From Tubulanus polymorphus (Eukaryota > Animalia > Nemertea), in contig NC_134026.1 of NCBI RefSeq assembly GCF_964204645.1, forward strand, positions 21,362,150 to 21,426,149: a stretch of DNA of 64,000 bases, in the 5' to 3' direction. Shown piece after piece: positions 12,909-24,047 of the stretch. A program made the position numbers and the translations under genes. Numbering within the stretch: position 1 is the stretch's first letter; the number at the start of each line of letters is the position of its first letter. Under the pieces are notes generated by a model. The model saw only the letters and a program-made list of their open reading frames with translations, was not told where the DNA came from and searched no databases.

Positions 12909-15643
12909 ACATAATTAGATGTAGGCATTAATTAACCAGGGATATTGACTAAATGCAAAGGATTCATCTTCATGCCTTCACAAATGAAATTGATTCTGAA
13001 CGCATTCACGGACACATTTTTACAAAGAGAAACAAGTGGATCATTTGTCTTCTTAATCGAAAATGAATAAGACGCTAATGAGCTTGCACTTGATTTCACA
13101 GACAACAGCTCAGCAGTTGTTGTTGGATAATGTAAGGTACTGGTACCCAGTCGCCAGAGCAGCGTATGTTTGATTTGCTTGCAACTGGGAGAAATGGTCC
13201 TGATAAGAGGATGCTATTTTATCATTGATGAAATTTGTTGTATTAATGAATTGAAAGCCGCCAGTATTACTCAGCACTTACATTAATGATGTATACATGT
13301 AGATAGACTAAATACTGTTACAAAGCAGTAATTAGCTTCTACAAATAAAAACAGACCTCAGTGTGACAAAATTCAAGTAAATATTTACAAAAACTGAATT
13401 GAAAAAGGAAAACAGCTTATACAGTTATCCTTTGCACAGACATGTATAGAAATGATTAAAATTAGTAGTCATGAGCTGCTGCTATAGTGATCATTCATTG
13501 ATTTTTCAAACGCATAACTGTCTATAGCATTAGACACAATAAGAAGCTTTAAAGAGGAGTAGAGTAATCCACTAACGAAGAAAAGTCAAACTGATATTTT
13601 TCCCACATATACCAAATTTATTGGAATCAAAATCTGTACAAGTTTTACCCAAATTCAGGGTGTTCAATTACATTCCGATTTATGTATTCCGTACCAAGTC
13701 TGTTTTAATTAAAGCAATTATTCATTATAAGATGAAACCAAACATGTTTCGACAACAAAACTGGAAACATAATTCATGTGACTGAAAATGACAATTCACA
13801 AACGTTGGGATTTACCCGAACAAACCCATAACCATTATCAAACATCGCAAAATTCTTCTCGAAATCGGTTTATCCATATCGAAGGCATCGCAGAAGTAAG
13901 ATGTATTAACTCAGTTTGAAAAAAAAAATAATGAACTACTGATTGATTTCAAACTTAATTTTGTTATCAACTTTCAGTACACAACCATCACATGAAAATT
14001 TACTGCCCGTGAATCTTACAGCCCAATGTTATGGAACATAAACCAAACAGTAAAACAATAATTCTGGTCACAGTTCCAACGATGTGGGAAGTTTGATTCT
14101 GAATATTCAGAGTTAATTTTCAATCGTTTAACACACAACTGCGGAACCGACCGAAAATAACCAAGCAAACAATAATTCAAAATACATCCCCCAAAAAGTA
14201 CTTCACATTTCAAAACCAGTAGCACATATCTTTTAAACATTCTAAATAAGAGCCTCACACGCGTTATACATATCTGTTTAACCGGATAACAATAAAAACA
14301 ATCACAAAACCAAATAGCAGCAAATATCTCTATACCCTTATACATCATTGCCTGTAATTACGAATTCACACCCAACCATTTGCCTTTTCGAATTTATTTT
14401 TATTTTTTTTTCGTGCCGTTTAGTAAATATTCTAACAGCATTCTATTGAACTTTATCAAACTGCTCCGATATTTATGTACTTTTCGCTTTCATGAACACA
14501 GAATGAAAATCACAGCCCCTCTACAGGTTGTTTACCTTCTAGACTCAATATGATGGGGATTAAAAACCAAGAGTGCACTCTTGACCTCGCCTCATAAAGG
14601 GATGGCTCAGAATGCACCGATTCGGATATTCTCAGGAACCCTTATTGAAAGCAAGAACATCATGGCTTCGCGCTAATCATTTTGAAAATAGTCGCACATT
14701 TCTTGTAACACGAATTCACAAATATTGACGTGTATACAAACTGACTTCTTAATACCCACATCTGTAAAACTGGTATTCATTCCACCAAAACCTCATGAAA
14801 GTCAAGTAACAACCATTTCCAAACTAAGTCCAAATTTGCATAGAGCTAATACACGTAACGACGATATTTCTTTCCTGATTATGAATCTCTTGATTAAAAG
14901 TGCTAACGCAACTAGAATGTTGGTATTCGCGGGTTTGATTCGTAGACCTTTATTTTTTTATAAAACGTATTTCTCGAGACAGCCAATTGAAAAGAGATGG
15001 TGGAAGTATTATTATATTTTCACCGATAAACAACAGTTCTTATACTTATTTTCTCTAAGAGCAAAACACGCAACTAAAATGTGAACGGATGATAGCACAT
15101 AATCGACCCGGGATTCACAGTTATGACTTAGCTGTAATTCTTAATAATACAGGATCCTACAGATCAGTCATTCCTGGATATATGGAGAGTTCTGAAGGAG
15201 TTTTAAACGAGAAAATTTCAAATTTCGAGGAAGTGCTTGCATCAGTTTCATATTCTAATTACTTTGGGCTCCTCGTAAATCGTTCAAGTTTTCAAGCATC
15301 TTTTAAGGAATACAGATTGCGTAGGGACCCCGTATTAGTTAAGATCAGTTAACAGTGTTACTCATAACTGTGAACAAGGGACTTGAATTTTATATAGATG
15401 TTGCAATTATATCTATACAGCACATTTCAACCATGTCAAGCGGTGTTTGTTTTAACTTTCACCGGCAGCACATCATTCGCTGTTATTTACACAAATACCC
15501 CTAGTGATATTAGCATATAATAGAACGAATATATAATCATATAGTATAATCTTATTAATTTTCAATAAGTATATTTACAAGTTTAAAACGTTTTTACATG
15601 AAAAAAAAAGAACCGTCCAAAATTCATAAATGAAAGTCACCTG

Positions 15644-15772
15644 GGGGGCAGTTCCACAGTCGTGACTCGGGAAAAAAAAAATATCTGAGACTGGTCTTAA
15701 CTTATGAAATTGGCCATGCAACCATGATCTTGGTCTGGTCTTAAATCTAAGCCATGAGTGTGGAACTGGCCC
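15644..15772. mobile_element. GGNCCAGTT-TIR MITE with CTG target duplication
   Basis: CTG|GGGGGCAGTTCCACA...TGTGGAACTGGCCC|CTG. Confidence 0.75.
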
Positions 15773-17157
15773 CTGCTGCCAAACTCGAATTGGCACGGGT
15801 AGAATGTAATTTGGTGAGGATAAAAATTTGAAACATTAGTTAAATGACAAGGACTTATCAATGCTAAAAGTACTTGCTTCTACATATTTCAATTAAATTC
15901 GAAAAAAAAAAGTTTTCTTATTTACCCAGTAATGAAAAACAAACACCAGGTAGAAAAATCTACTAGGGAGTCTTAATATGCAGTTTATACGGACAATTTG
16001 TCATGCTTTTTAGTGTTCAGAAGTTGTTCATATTCACCAAATCAGTTACCCGGCACCGAGAAAGCAGCAGGCTACTTTTTTTCTGTGTTCCATGCAACTC
16101 AAAAATGATACATAAATTCAGAAGGAATTAAGATTATGTTCATTTGATTGTAAATACTGCTTCACTTACACCAAAGCCAGCATGTGACGTAAACGACTGT
16201 AACTATATACAATGTATTATTAAGATGCTCTCCTTATTAAACATTTTTACCCATGTCAAACACATCTAGTTCAGCTCTTGATGAATCGAAAAAGTCTTAA
16301 CAAGAATGTTCCGAATTGCGTCATTTGAAGGAAAAAATAATCGTAAATTTGTGAGCTGCCTAATTTGTTTTTGAAAACTATCGACAAACATGAAACTTTT
16401 GATTATCACGGAAGGTTTTACATCCTATGTGCACGTGGGACTACCAGCGCTTTCACTAACTAACAAGTTTGAATGTTTTCGGAAACATATCTCCGAAATA
16501 CACATGTACGATGAAAAAAGAGGAAAATATACAAATAAATAGGTAGTTCGAAGCAAGATCCTCAGAAAAACCTTTACTAATTCTTGTCATTAAGAAATAA
16601 TCATGAAAATTCGGCAGGTTTGCGTACACTACGTACAATGTTTTTACCACCATGCACAGAAACAGTATGGTCTACATTCAGCTGCATCTTTCCAGAATTT
16701 GTGAATATCACATACGACTACACTATACAGATTTTCTACGGTAAACTTGGAGTAAAGTAAATTCAAGAAGAGCGGGTTTTAACAATGGTCTCGGTTAAAA
16801 TAAAATTTCTCGAATATTCGATAATCAAATCATCGCAATAGAAACTGTCACTTCCGGCACAGACAGAACTTGACCTTTCTATTCTGGACTCGAGACTACC
16901 GAATCTTCGCGCACAACTCAAAAAAAAACCACAAAGAGTAGAATTAACACAAACAAGATTGCGTGAAAGAACGTGTGTGAATAGGCAAATTCATAACGAA
17001 AATAAACTGTGTCGCGATCTCCGCCGACGAAACCAGTTCGCCGACGATGCATCGTCAATATAACTGCAACTGTTGCATTTTGTTTATCGGAGTCTGATGA
17101 TGATGTGTTTGTTTCGGGTAAAAACGAGTGAGAAGACTCGTTTTCTCCTCGTGCTGT

Positions 17158-20100
17158 TTAACTGAGGCTGTTCTCTTTGACGCGACCGCCGTCACCCTCC
17201 GACATGAATCGTTTACGTCCGCTGAAACGAAAAAGTAGCGAGAAACTTATCGTTAACGATCAACTGTTACATTGAAACACATTCGGAAACTTCCCGGGGT
17301 TAGTTTCGAATCTTTCGAATTTAATAAGTTATTTTTTATGAGGACTGTGCAGTCGTCTGTGTCAATCAAGCGGGGATCCAAGGCGTACATTCATAATGAT
17401 GTCCGAATTTTTTCTAAGATTCAATTAAGATTCATCCATATTTTCTACGAATGACGAATCATGCTTTACGAACTATATACAACTTAGGATCAGTCTCAAG
17501 TATTATCAAGACAAGATTTGCTTAATTCTCAGAGTTGCCACTTATGTGAAGCTAAAAATCCAGAAAATAAGTCGGGGGTCTGTAAAAATTTTTGAAATTA
17601 GAACGCCAGGAGATGCATTCTGGTGCAATACGCGTTATAGGCCTCATTTTCATTACCGCCTATAGATCATTTTTTCAAATAGCGATTGGTTCCGTCAAAT
17701 ACACCTCATATATAAACCAGAGCCAAAAACAAACGAAGCGTCAGTCGATTTCGATCGTCGCGTCATCTTGGTTTAATCGTGTACTGCGGGGTTGTTGCCA
17801 CTACGTGGCAGCACAATACGGCTTTTTCGAACCCTCTACGGAGCCCTCACGTTTTGATGTTTAGGGTCGAATCCCGAATTGATTTTATTTTTTTCGCGAT
17901 GTTTTCTTTTGTGGTTATTTGACTTCTCCCGAAAATGAAATTGGATTTTTTTTAAATCCGGAATTCCAGAGAAATCCGGAGAAGTGGCAACTCTGAATTC
18001 TTTATGCGGGATGCAAAAAATCGAGACGAACGAACTGGATCCAGACATAAAACTGACTCTTCAACAGTTGCCCAGTTTTACCAAATAATTTCGGGTCAGA
18101 TCCCAATTTCAATCAAGTATCAGATATGTCAAGACATTACATGTTATTACACGCGATGCTGAAGGTTGAAATATAAAACAGAACTTACCGAGATGGAAGG
18201 TCTTTATAGGTTTTATCATCTACGATTCCATTCTCGTACAACACGGTGACTATTTTATCTAATAACGGATATGCAGCAGGAACATCCAAACAGATTTCAG
18301 GCATTGCATTGTATACTCTCCATGTTCCCTGAATAGATGATACATAGATATATATATGTGTACTGCACCTTCACCCGTCAAGGGATTCGAACCCACTGAG
18401 CTATAGTCGTTCCCCGAACCTCTTGACCTCATGAGTCGTTACTAGCCGACCAGAATCCGGTCGTACCAATCACAGCGCTTGTAACAAACAACATTAGGCT
18501 TCTGCTGGAATTCCCGTTAAATGGACCAACCAGCGTGCGTTTTACCGAACATGGAAGTATTTCGCGAATCGCTATATAACGTTATGCGCAACAGGGCCAG
18601 TAATAAAATCACGTGTCGTGAGGCCAGGGGCTGGTGGGAGCGAGTTTGACATGTACTGACGATGAAAGGAAATTTTAACCTTACACTTTTTAGATGTAAT
18701 TACTGGTATATGTATATCATAACAACAAGCAGCCGATCGGCTGATAGAGCTCCTTAGTGTTTCATTAACTTCAATATACTTTATTCATCTATTTATTGGC
18801 TCTACGTTGTTTTAGGCCTTAGCCCAATGATCACGCGTCCCAACTTTCTACTTGGTCTGATAATTTCTGTCGGCTAGTAGCGATTTAAAAGCAGAAGTAG
18901 GCGGACGCTAGGATGACAACAGAGATCCCCATAGCTGACGCGTTATCGGTGCTCAGTCCTGATGAATCTACAAAAGTGACAACTAAAAGAGACACTTTTT
19001 GAAGTCTCACCTGTCTCATTTGGTTTGGCGTAATGATAACAGCATCACAGAGAGATTTGAGCAGCTTGGTCATCATTTCAGCTGCGCGGTCAGAAGAATC
19101 TTCAATAACCATCACGATAGCCTGAAAAAATCACATCATCATCTTATGTCCTCCTGCGTGCACGAATTGGTATCCTTATACAGGTTTTTCCCTGGTTTCT
19201 TTTCTGATTTATATCTTACCTCGTAAACAAGTTCGTGATGGAAATGAGGCACGTCGAGTTCTTGAAGACATCTCGTTGCCTCAGCAATATCACCGGATGA
19301 TAAATACTCTTTCAATAATAAAACCATCTGGAAAAACAATTACCAGTGTTATTATTACAAGATTAGCTGATCGATCCGATAGCATGACTTGAGTCCAATT
19401 CTGTAGGTTTCCATCACAGTTACAGGTACGATTCACAGAATTTCGAACATAATTCAGCAGATGTTTTAGTATTTCCCCCTCAATAGCAAGAGAGTTCTGA
19501 TAGTAACAGGATGGCTACTTGTATTTTCTTTGACATGCTTTTCTCAGATTTTTCCCTGATTATACACCGACATGTACATTGGATTCTTAATCACAGTCAA
19601 ATATGTAAAACATAGAGTAGACTGCTTGATTTTATGAGTGATCTAGCAATTTCAACAAATTTCCCTATTCTATCTTAAAAAATAAAATCCCCTAATTATT
19701 CCCTGACATTTTAAAAGAAAAGATAAGTCCCTGACTTTTCCCTGATGATTTCAAGGTACGTGGCCAACCTGACTATGTGATCAGTTGACTTTTATAAGGT
19801 TCAAGTTAATATGGCTGGGACTGATGGCGAGTGAACAGGAGGATCATTTGAAACAACACAGAGCTGTTGAGTTAATCTACCTTTTTGATAAGTGATTTAA
19901 CTGGCCGTTCACCGCCACCAACTCCCCATACATTGTCTAAACGCACGATTCCATGCTTCATGTTCAACAGCACAAATGCTTTGTGCAAGGCAGCTCTGAA
20001 ATAGGATTCATTCAAAATAATCAATATTCCATTTCTACGAATTTTTTTCACAAGAAATGACGAAAAATAACATCTACGGCAAGCGAAAGAGTGATAATAC

Positions 20101-22786
20101 ATTGAACGACAATTAGAATTGATATCTTCTCAATCAGCTTACTCTTTTTAAAAGGACAGAAACATCGGAAGTCTAGTAGGACCTAACTATAAGCATTTAT
20201 AACATGAAGTTGAAATATCACTTACTTTCCGTGTTCACAGTCCGGTTTACCGGAATAATTCTGTACATATTTCGGAGGGAGACAATCGTCAGCGATAGCA
20301 CGAGCCAAGAACTGGCCGACCATCTGTAAAATTAAGTCGCAATTTCATCATCATTCCATTGAAACTATGTTTCGCAACTTACAGTAGACAGACTCTTCTC
20401 TCAGAAAATTGCTGTGAATTTTGGTTTAAAAGATTCTTTTCTGATTATGAACTCTATGTAGTGAAATATTTACAGTTCTCTAAGTGACAAAGCCCAGGAA
20501 TTTCGATCGCTAATTGGCGGTGAACGGGTAAATGTCGATGCGAACATACCATTGGCGCATCGGGAATATCCAGCGTCAACTCGGGTAAATCGGCCAACAG
20601 CTGATTGAAGCTAAGCGTCATTTCGTCCATTCCTAAGTAACAGCCGTACATGTCGGACAGCAGACGAGAGATCATTTCGCGGTGATGAGCCTTTTTATCC
20701 ATCGCCACGCTAATCGCCATACACGGAATCTTCACGCGTAATCGTCCGATGCCCAATTCGTACAGGGTTTCCTTAGAAAGAGAGATAACAATTTTCACAC
20801 AGAGTTACCACAATTGAGAGTCGATGTAATCCGCCGAATCAACAGCCACTTTTCACAAATGGAGTGAATTATGGAAAAAAATTTGTTATGCCCGTACTAA
20901 ACTAAAACAAGTCATTTCATAGATTGAAATAAGTTCAGATCTGCGTATGTAATCCAATTAAGTAAGATTTTTTAAATGTTGAAAATACCAGCTCCCATGT
21001 TTTGGGATAAATGACTGCGTATGCAAGCATGCGTAGTACATTGACAAAGCTCCATGGATAGTTTTATACAAAATTGTGTTTTTTCAATGTTTTAAAAAAG
21101 CTTACGTCATTTCATAGCTTGAGCAGAGTAAAATGTCTCAGGGTTCATTATCGTTGAACTGATTCCTTCAAATACAATGCTTTTCAACGCCAATCTGAAC
21201 CTATTTTCAGGGTAATTTTTACTGCCAAATCTAGTAATTTCTGAAAGACCTTTGAACCGATCTATTTGTAAGCAATGGTGTTGACACGGCTTAGAACTTA
21301 CAAGAACTTCTTGAGTATCACCGTGATCGAAATATTCCTGAATGATCGGTTCGACTACTTTTTTCAGATCTTCCTCGCTCAATTCGGGTTCAACTTCTTT
21401 CAGCGTAACCTCTTCCTGCAAGGGTTACAATATATATAGTATCGTTTAACACTGTTCATCTTTGTCAACGATTTGCCACCTGTGGTAAATATCATATCGA
21501 AATGGAAGAATTCTATGGAGACAAACCTGAGAATCGGAGTCATAGTTCGGGTCATTGACGTCATTAGTATTGCCGTCGACACCAATTTCCGAACCTGGTC
21601 GTCCCCATACACCTTTACCACCAGCTCCACCTAATTATAAAACTAAGTATTGAATAGAATTTCAGGAAGAACTAGGGTTCCAGAGACAGTTTTACTGCTG
21701 GCACTTGGGGATATGCTTGACAATCCGGCAATTTCAACATTCAATGCCCCCTAATGAACAATTACAGCAGTCAACGACCTTGAAACTCAGCACAATCATA
21801 GTCATGTGCTACAATTTAGCGATTGATTGTGGCTACAAAATGCTATGCATACCAGTAGGTACCAATATATATAAGCCTATGAACCATACCACTCCACAAT
21901 ATGAAGCCATACCAGATAGGCCTGTAACATGTAACGGAAGCTAATGACCTTGAAACTCACCAAAATCATGGAGCATGTCACAAGCTGCAGATTTGAAATT
22001 GATTGTGATGACAAAATATGCGTGAGTACCGATATATGGAATTCCATGTTATTTTGTTGTTCAACGCCCCCTGGTGAACGTATGCAGTAAACCAATGATA
22101 TGGAAACTCAACACGAAACATGTCATGAGGAGCAACAACTTTGCTATGAGGTAGGCCTAACATAATGTGAAAACCCCCCACTCGGCTTAGGGGTCAATAA
22201 TGGTTATGTACAACCTAACCATAACCCTAGTACCGCTACTGGTACAATAACCTTTATTATACTAGCGCCATATAGGGGAAAAGTGACCTAAATTATAGTT
22301 AGACCTCGATCCCAATATAAACGGCAAGCATTCTGCTTTTGCTACACCCACATACAGTAATTAAGTAACTATGTTATCTCCAGTTTATGGACATTTATGG
22401 ATACAATTAAGATTCATTGATTTGAATTGGATGTTTTACTGTAGGTGAGTAATACCTTTTTTCGGTAAACCGCGTCCTCTGCCGTTTCGCGATTTGCGGC
22501 TATTTTTGCTAAAAGGCTGCGGCTTGATTCCGTGCAGATTACCGAGCACGTCCGCCACCTCACCGTTGATAGCCGGGTCATCGCCCGTACTCAAGCTACG
22601 AGTCATGCGCGACGGTCGTTTCGCCTTGCGCATTATTCGCAGCGGCTTGTTCGACAAATCGGTACCCCCATCAATTTCTTCTTCCTCCTCCATAGCGGCT
22701 GGGATCTCCTCGTCCCCCAACACTATCTGTCCGTCCACGACTACTGTTGTAGAATTGGAATCGAATTGTTCGTTGTTCGACATCAT
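17158..22786 (-). CDS. PDCD4: Programmed cell death protein 4 (two MA3 domains, eIF4A inhibitor), ~468 aa
   Basis: Exons 22456-22786, 21527-21630, 21302-21415, 20550-20771, 20226-20323, 19881-19995, 19220-19327, 19011-19121, 18189-18328, 17158-17221 (1407 nt). Motifs [96 protein letters not shown]. Confidence 0.96.
17530..17995. mobile_element. hAT-like MITE with 6-bp TSD in the last PDCD4 intron
   Basis: Perfect 14-bp TIR CAGAGTTGCCACTT / AAGTGGCAACTCTG; AATTCT on both flanks. Confidence 0.85.
18434..18885. mobile_element. TIR element in PDCD4 intron
   Basis: AGTCGTTACTAGCCGAC / GTCGGCTAGTAGCGATT (15 of 17 match); flanks TG / TA. Confidence 0.6.
19507..19771 (-). mobile_element. hAT-like MITE, reverse copy of 3754-4033
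   Basis: Ends CAGGATGGCTAC / GTGGCCAACCTG; TTCCCTGA subrepeats. Confidence 0.65.
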
Positions 22787-22982
22787 TTTCACGAGTTTAC
22801 AGCAGTCTGTGCGCTGGACTAGTGAATAATTACAAAGACCTGGTATTTCGGAAAGACGTGCGAAGGTTGTCAAACGACAATATTTGCGTAAAGCCCCCGA
22901 AATTCGACAGTATTTACTCGTAATTTTCAGTAATTAAGCAGCATGGAGGTTGTTTTACTTTTTCAGCTTTTCCAAACAAGTA

Positions 22983-23043
22983 GTCACGTGACGGCATCGG
23001 ATAACGCTGATTGGTCATAGCGTTTGTTTCAACGGCGCCATCT
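22983..23043. promoter_or_regulatory. PDCD4-proximal promoter motifs: CLEAR/USF E-box, CCAAT box, YY1-like site
   Basis: GTCACGTGAC at 22983-22992, CTGATTGG at ~23007-23014 and CGCCATCT at ~23036-23043, about 200-260 bp upstream of the PDCD4 ATG. Confidence 0.55.
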
Positions 23044-23765
23044 AGCGTGTTATACGACAACGAAAATGCACGTGCCAGGGGTTAGCGATGAGAGGAGCAA
23101 TTTTTTGGGTGAAGGGGGACCTGCATTTTTTTGTACTTTATTTATTCCCGAGTGTTCGATAACCGTCGAATCATTGCTGAGCATTAGAAATGATAAAATT
23201 CCTATTTCTTTGGGTCGTCACCTGATGCCAAAGAAAAAATGTTGAAGGGTTTAATTCGGGATCCCCCGAGCCAGCGAGTTCAAGCGTTCCAAGTTAAAAG
23301 TTTCAAATGATTTGGCATGGCTATTTAGTTATCATTCTTTAAGATTAATTCTTCCCTATTGAGTTTTCTCAGATCTTTTTCCTGATTACGTGTTCAGAAA
23401 TTTTTATTCTAAGAAAAATGAAAAACTTTGTCTTTGACTAAAAAAAGTCGGATTTCAATTAATCTCAGTGCAATCTCTATCGTTACATCTTTAAGCCTTG
23501 CAACTGGGATAATTCTGTGATAGCTGTTCCTTTCATAAAATGTTTGCCTCAGGGTTTTTTCAGTTGAAAACCAATGTCCCGCGTGCACTGTCAGGTTAGT
23601 AATAAAACTTAGGTAAAAGGATCCTCGTATTAAAAGTGTTTGTCCACTTGTCTTGATCTTCGGATTGTGGTAAAAAAACGAGGCTCTACATTAACGTGAT
23701 AAAACTACGCAATAAATCGCGAGAGCCGAATGAAATATGAGTCCCACTATCACAAGTTCGAAAGA

Positions 23766-23926
23766 GATTTTAAAACATCAAAAATATAAAGAATTAATTA
23801 AAAACTCGAATTTTCGGTTTTATCCTAAAAACCATTCTCAAGAGTGAAACCATTCTCTTGTTTTTAGGATAAAACCGAAAATTCGAGTTTTTAATTAAGT
23901 CTTTATATTTTTGATGTTTTAAAATC
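23766..23926. repeat. 67-bp near-perfect inverted repeat (one mismatch) with 27-nt spacer
   Basis: Arms 23766-23832 and 23860-23926 read directly as reverse complements. Confidence 0.95.
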
Positions 23927-24047
23927 GAGGCTCTTCATTGTAAAAAAAAACGAGATTGGGATGCCGGTGTGGTGCCGCTTTAATAACGCCGCGATAAGCG
24001 TCGATCGCGCGTATTTCCCTCTCTGCCATTTCGCAGAATAATCAATC

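Noticed and set aside
6970-16653. Many 60-150 aa ORFs between FGFR and PDCD4 (and likewise 37005-44812)
   Set aside because: AT-biased composition, no domains, no chain of splice sites.
18950-19000. CTGATGA suggesting a hammerhead ribozyme
   Set aside because: No stem II followed by GAAA and no stem III/NUH arrangement.
21700-22240. GACCTTGAAACTCA duplicate and TAACC(C/A)TAACC telomere-like runs (also ~25000-25070)
   Set aside because: Probably decayed repeats, but I could not define boundaries; too short to call interstitial telomere.
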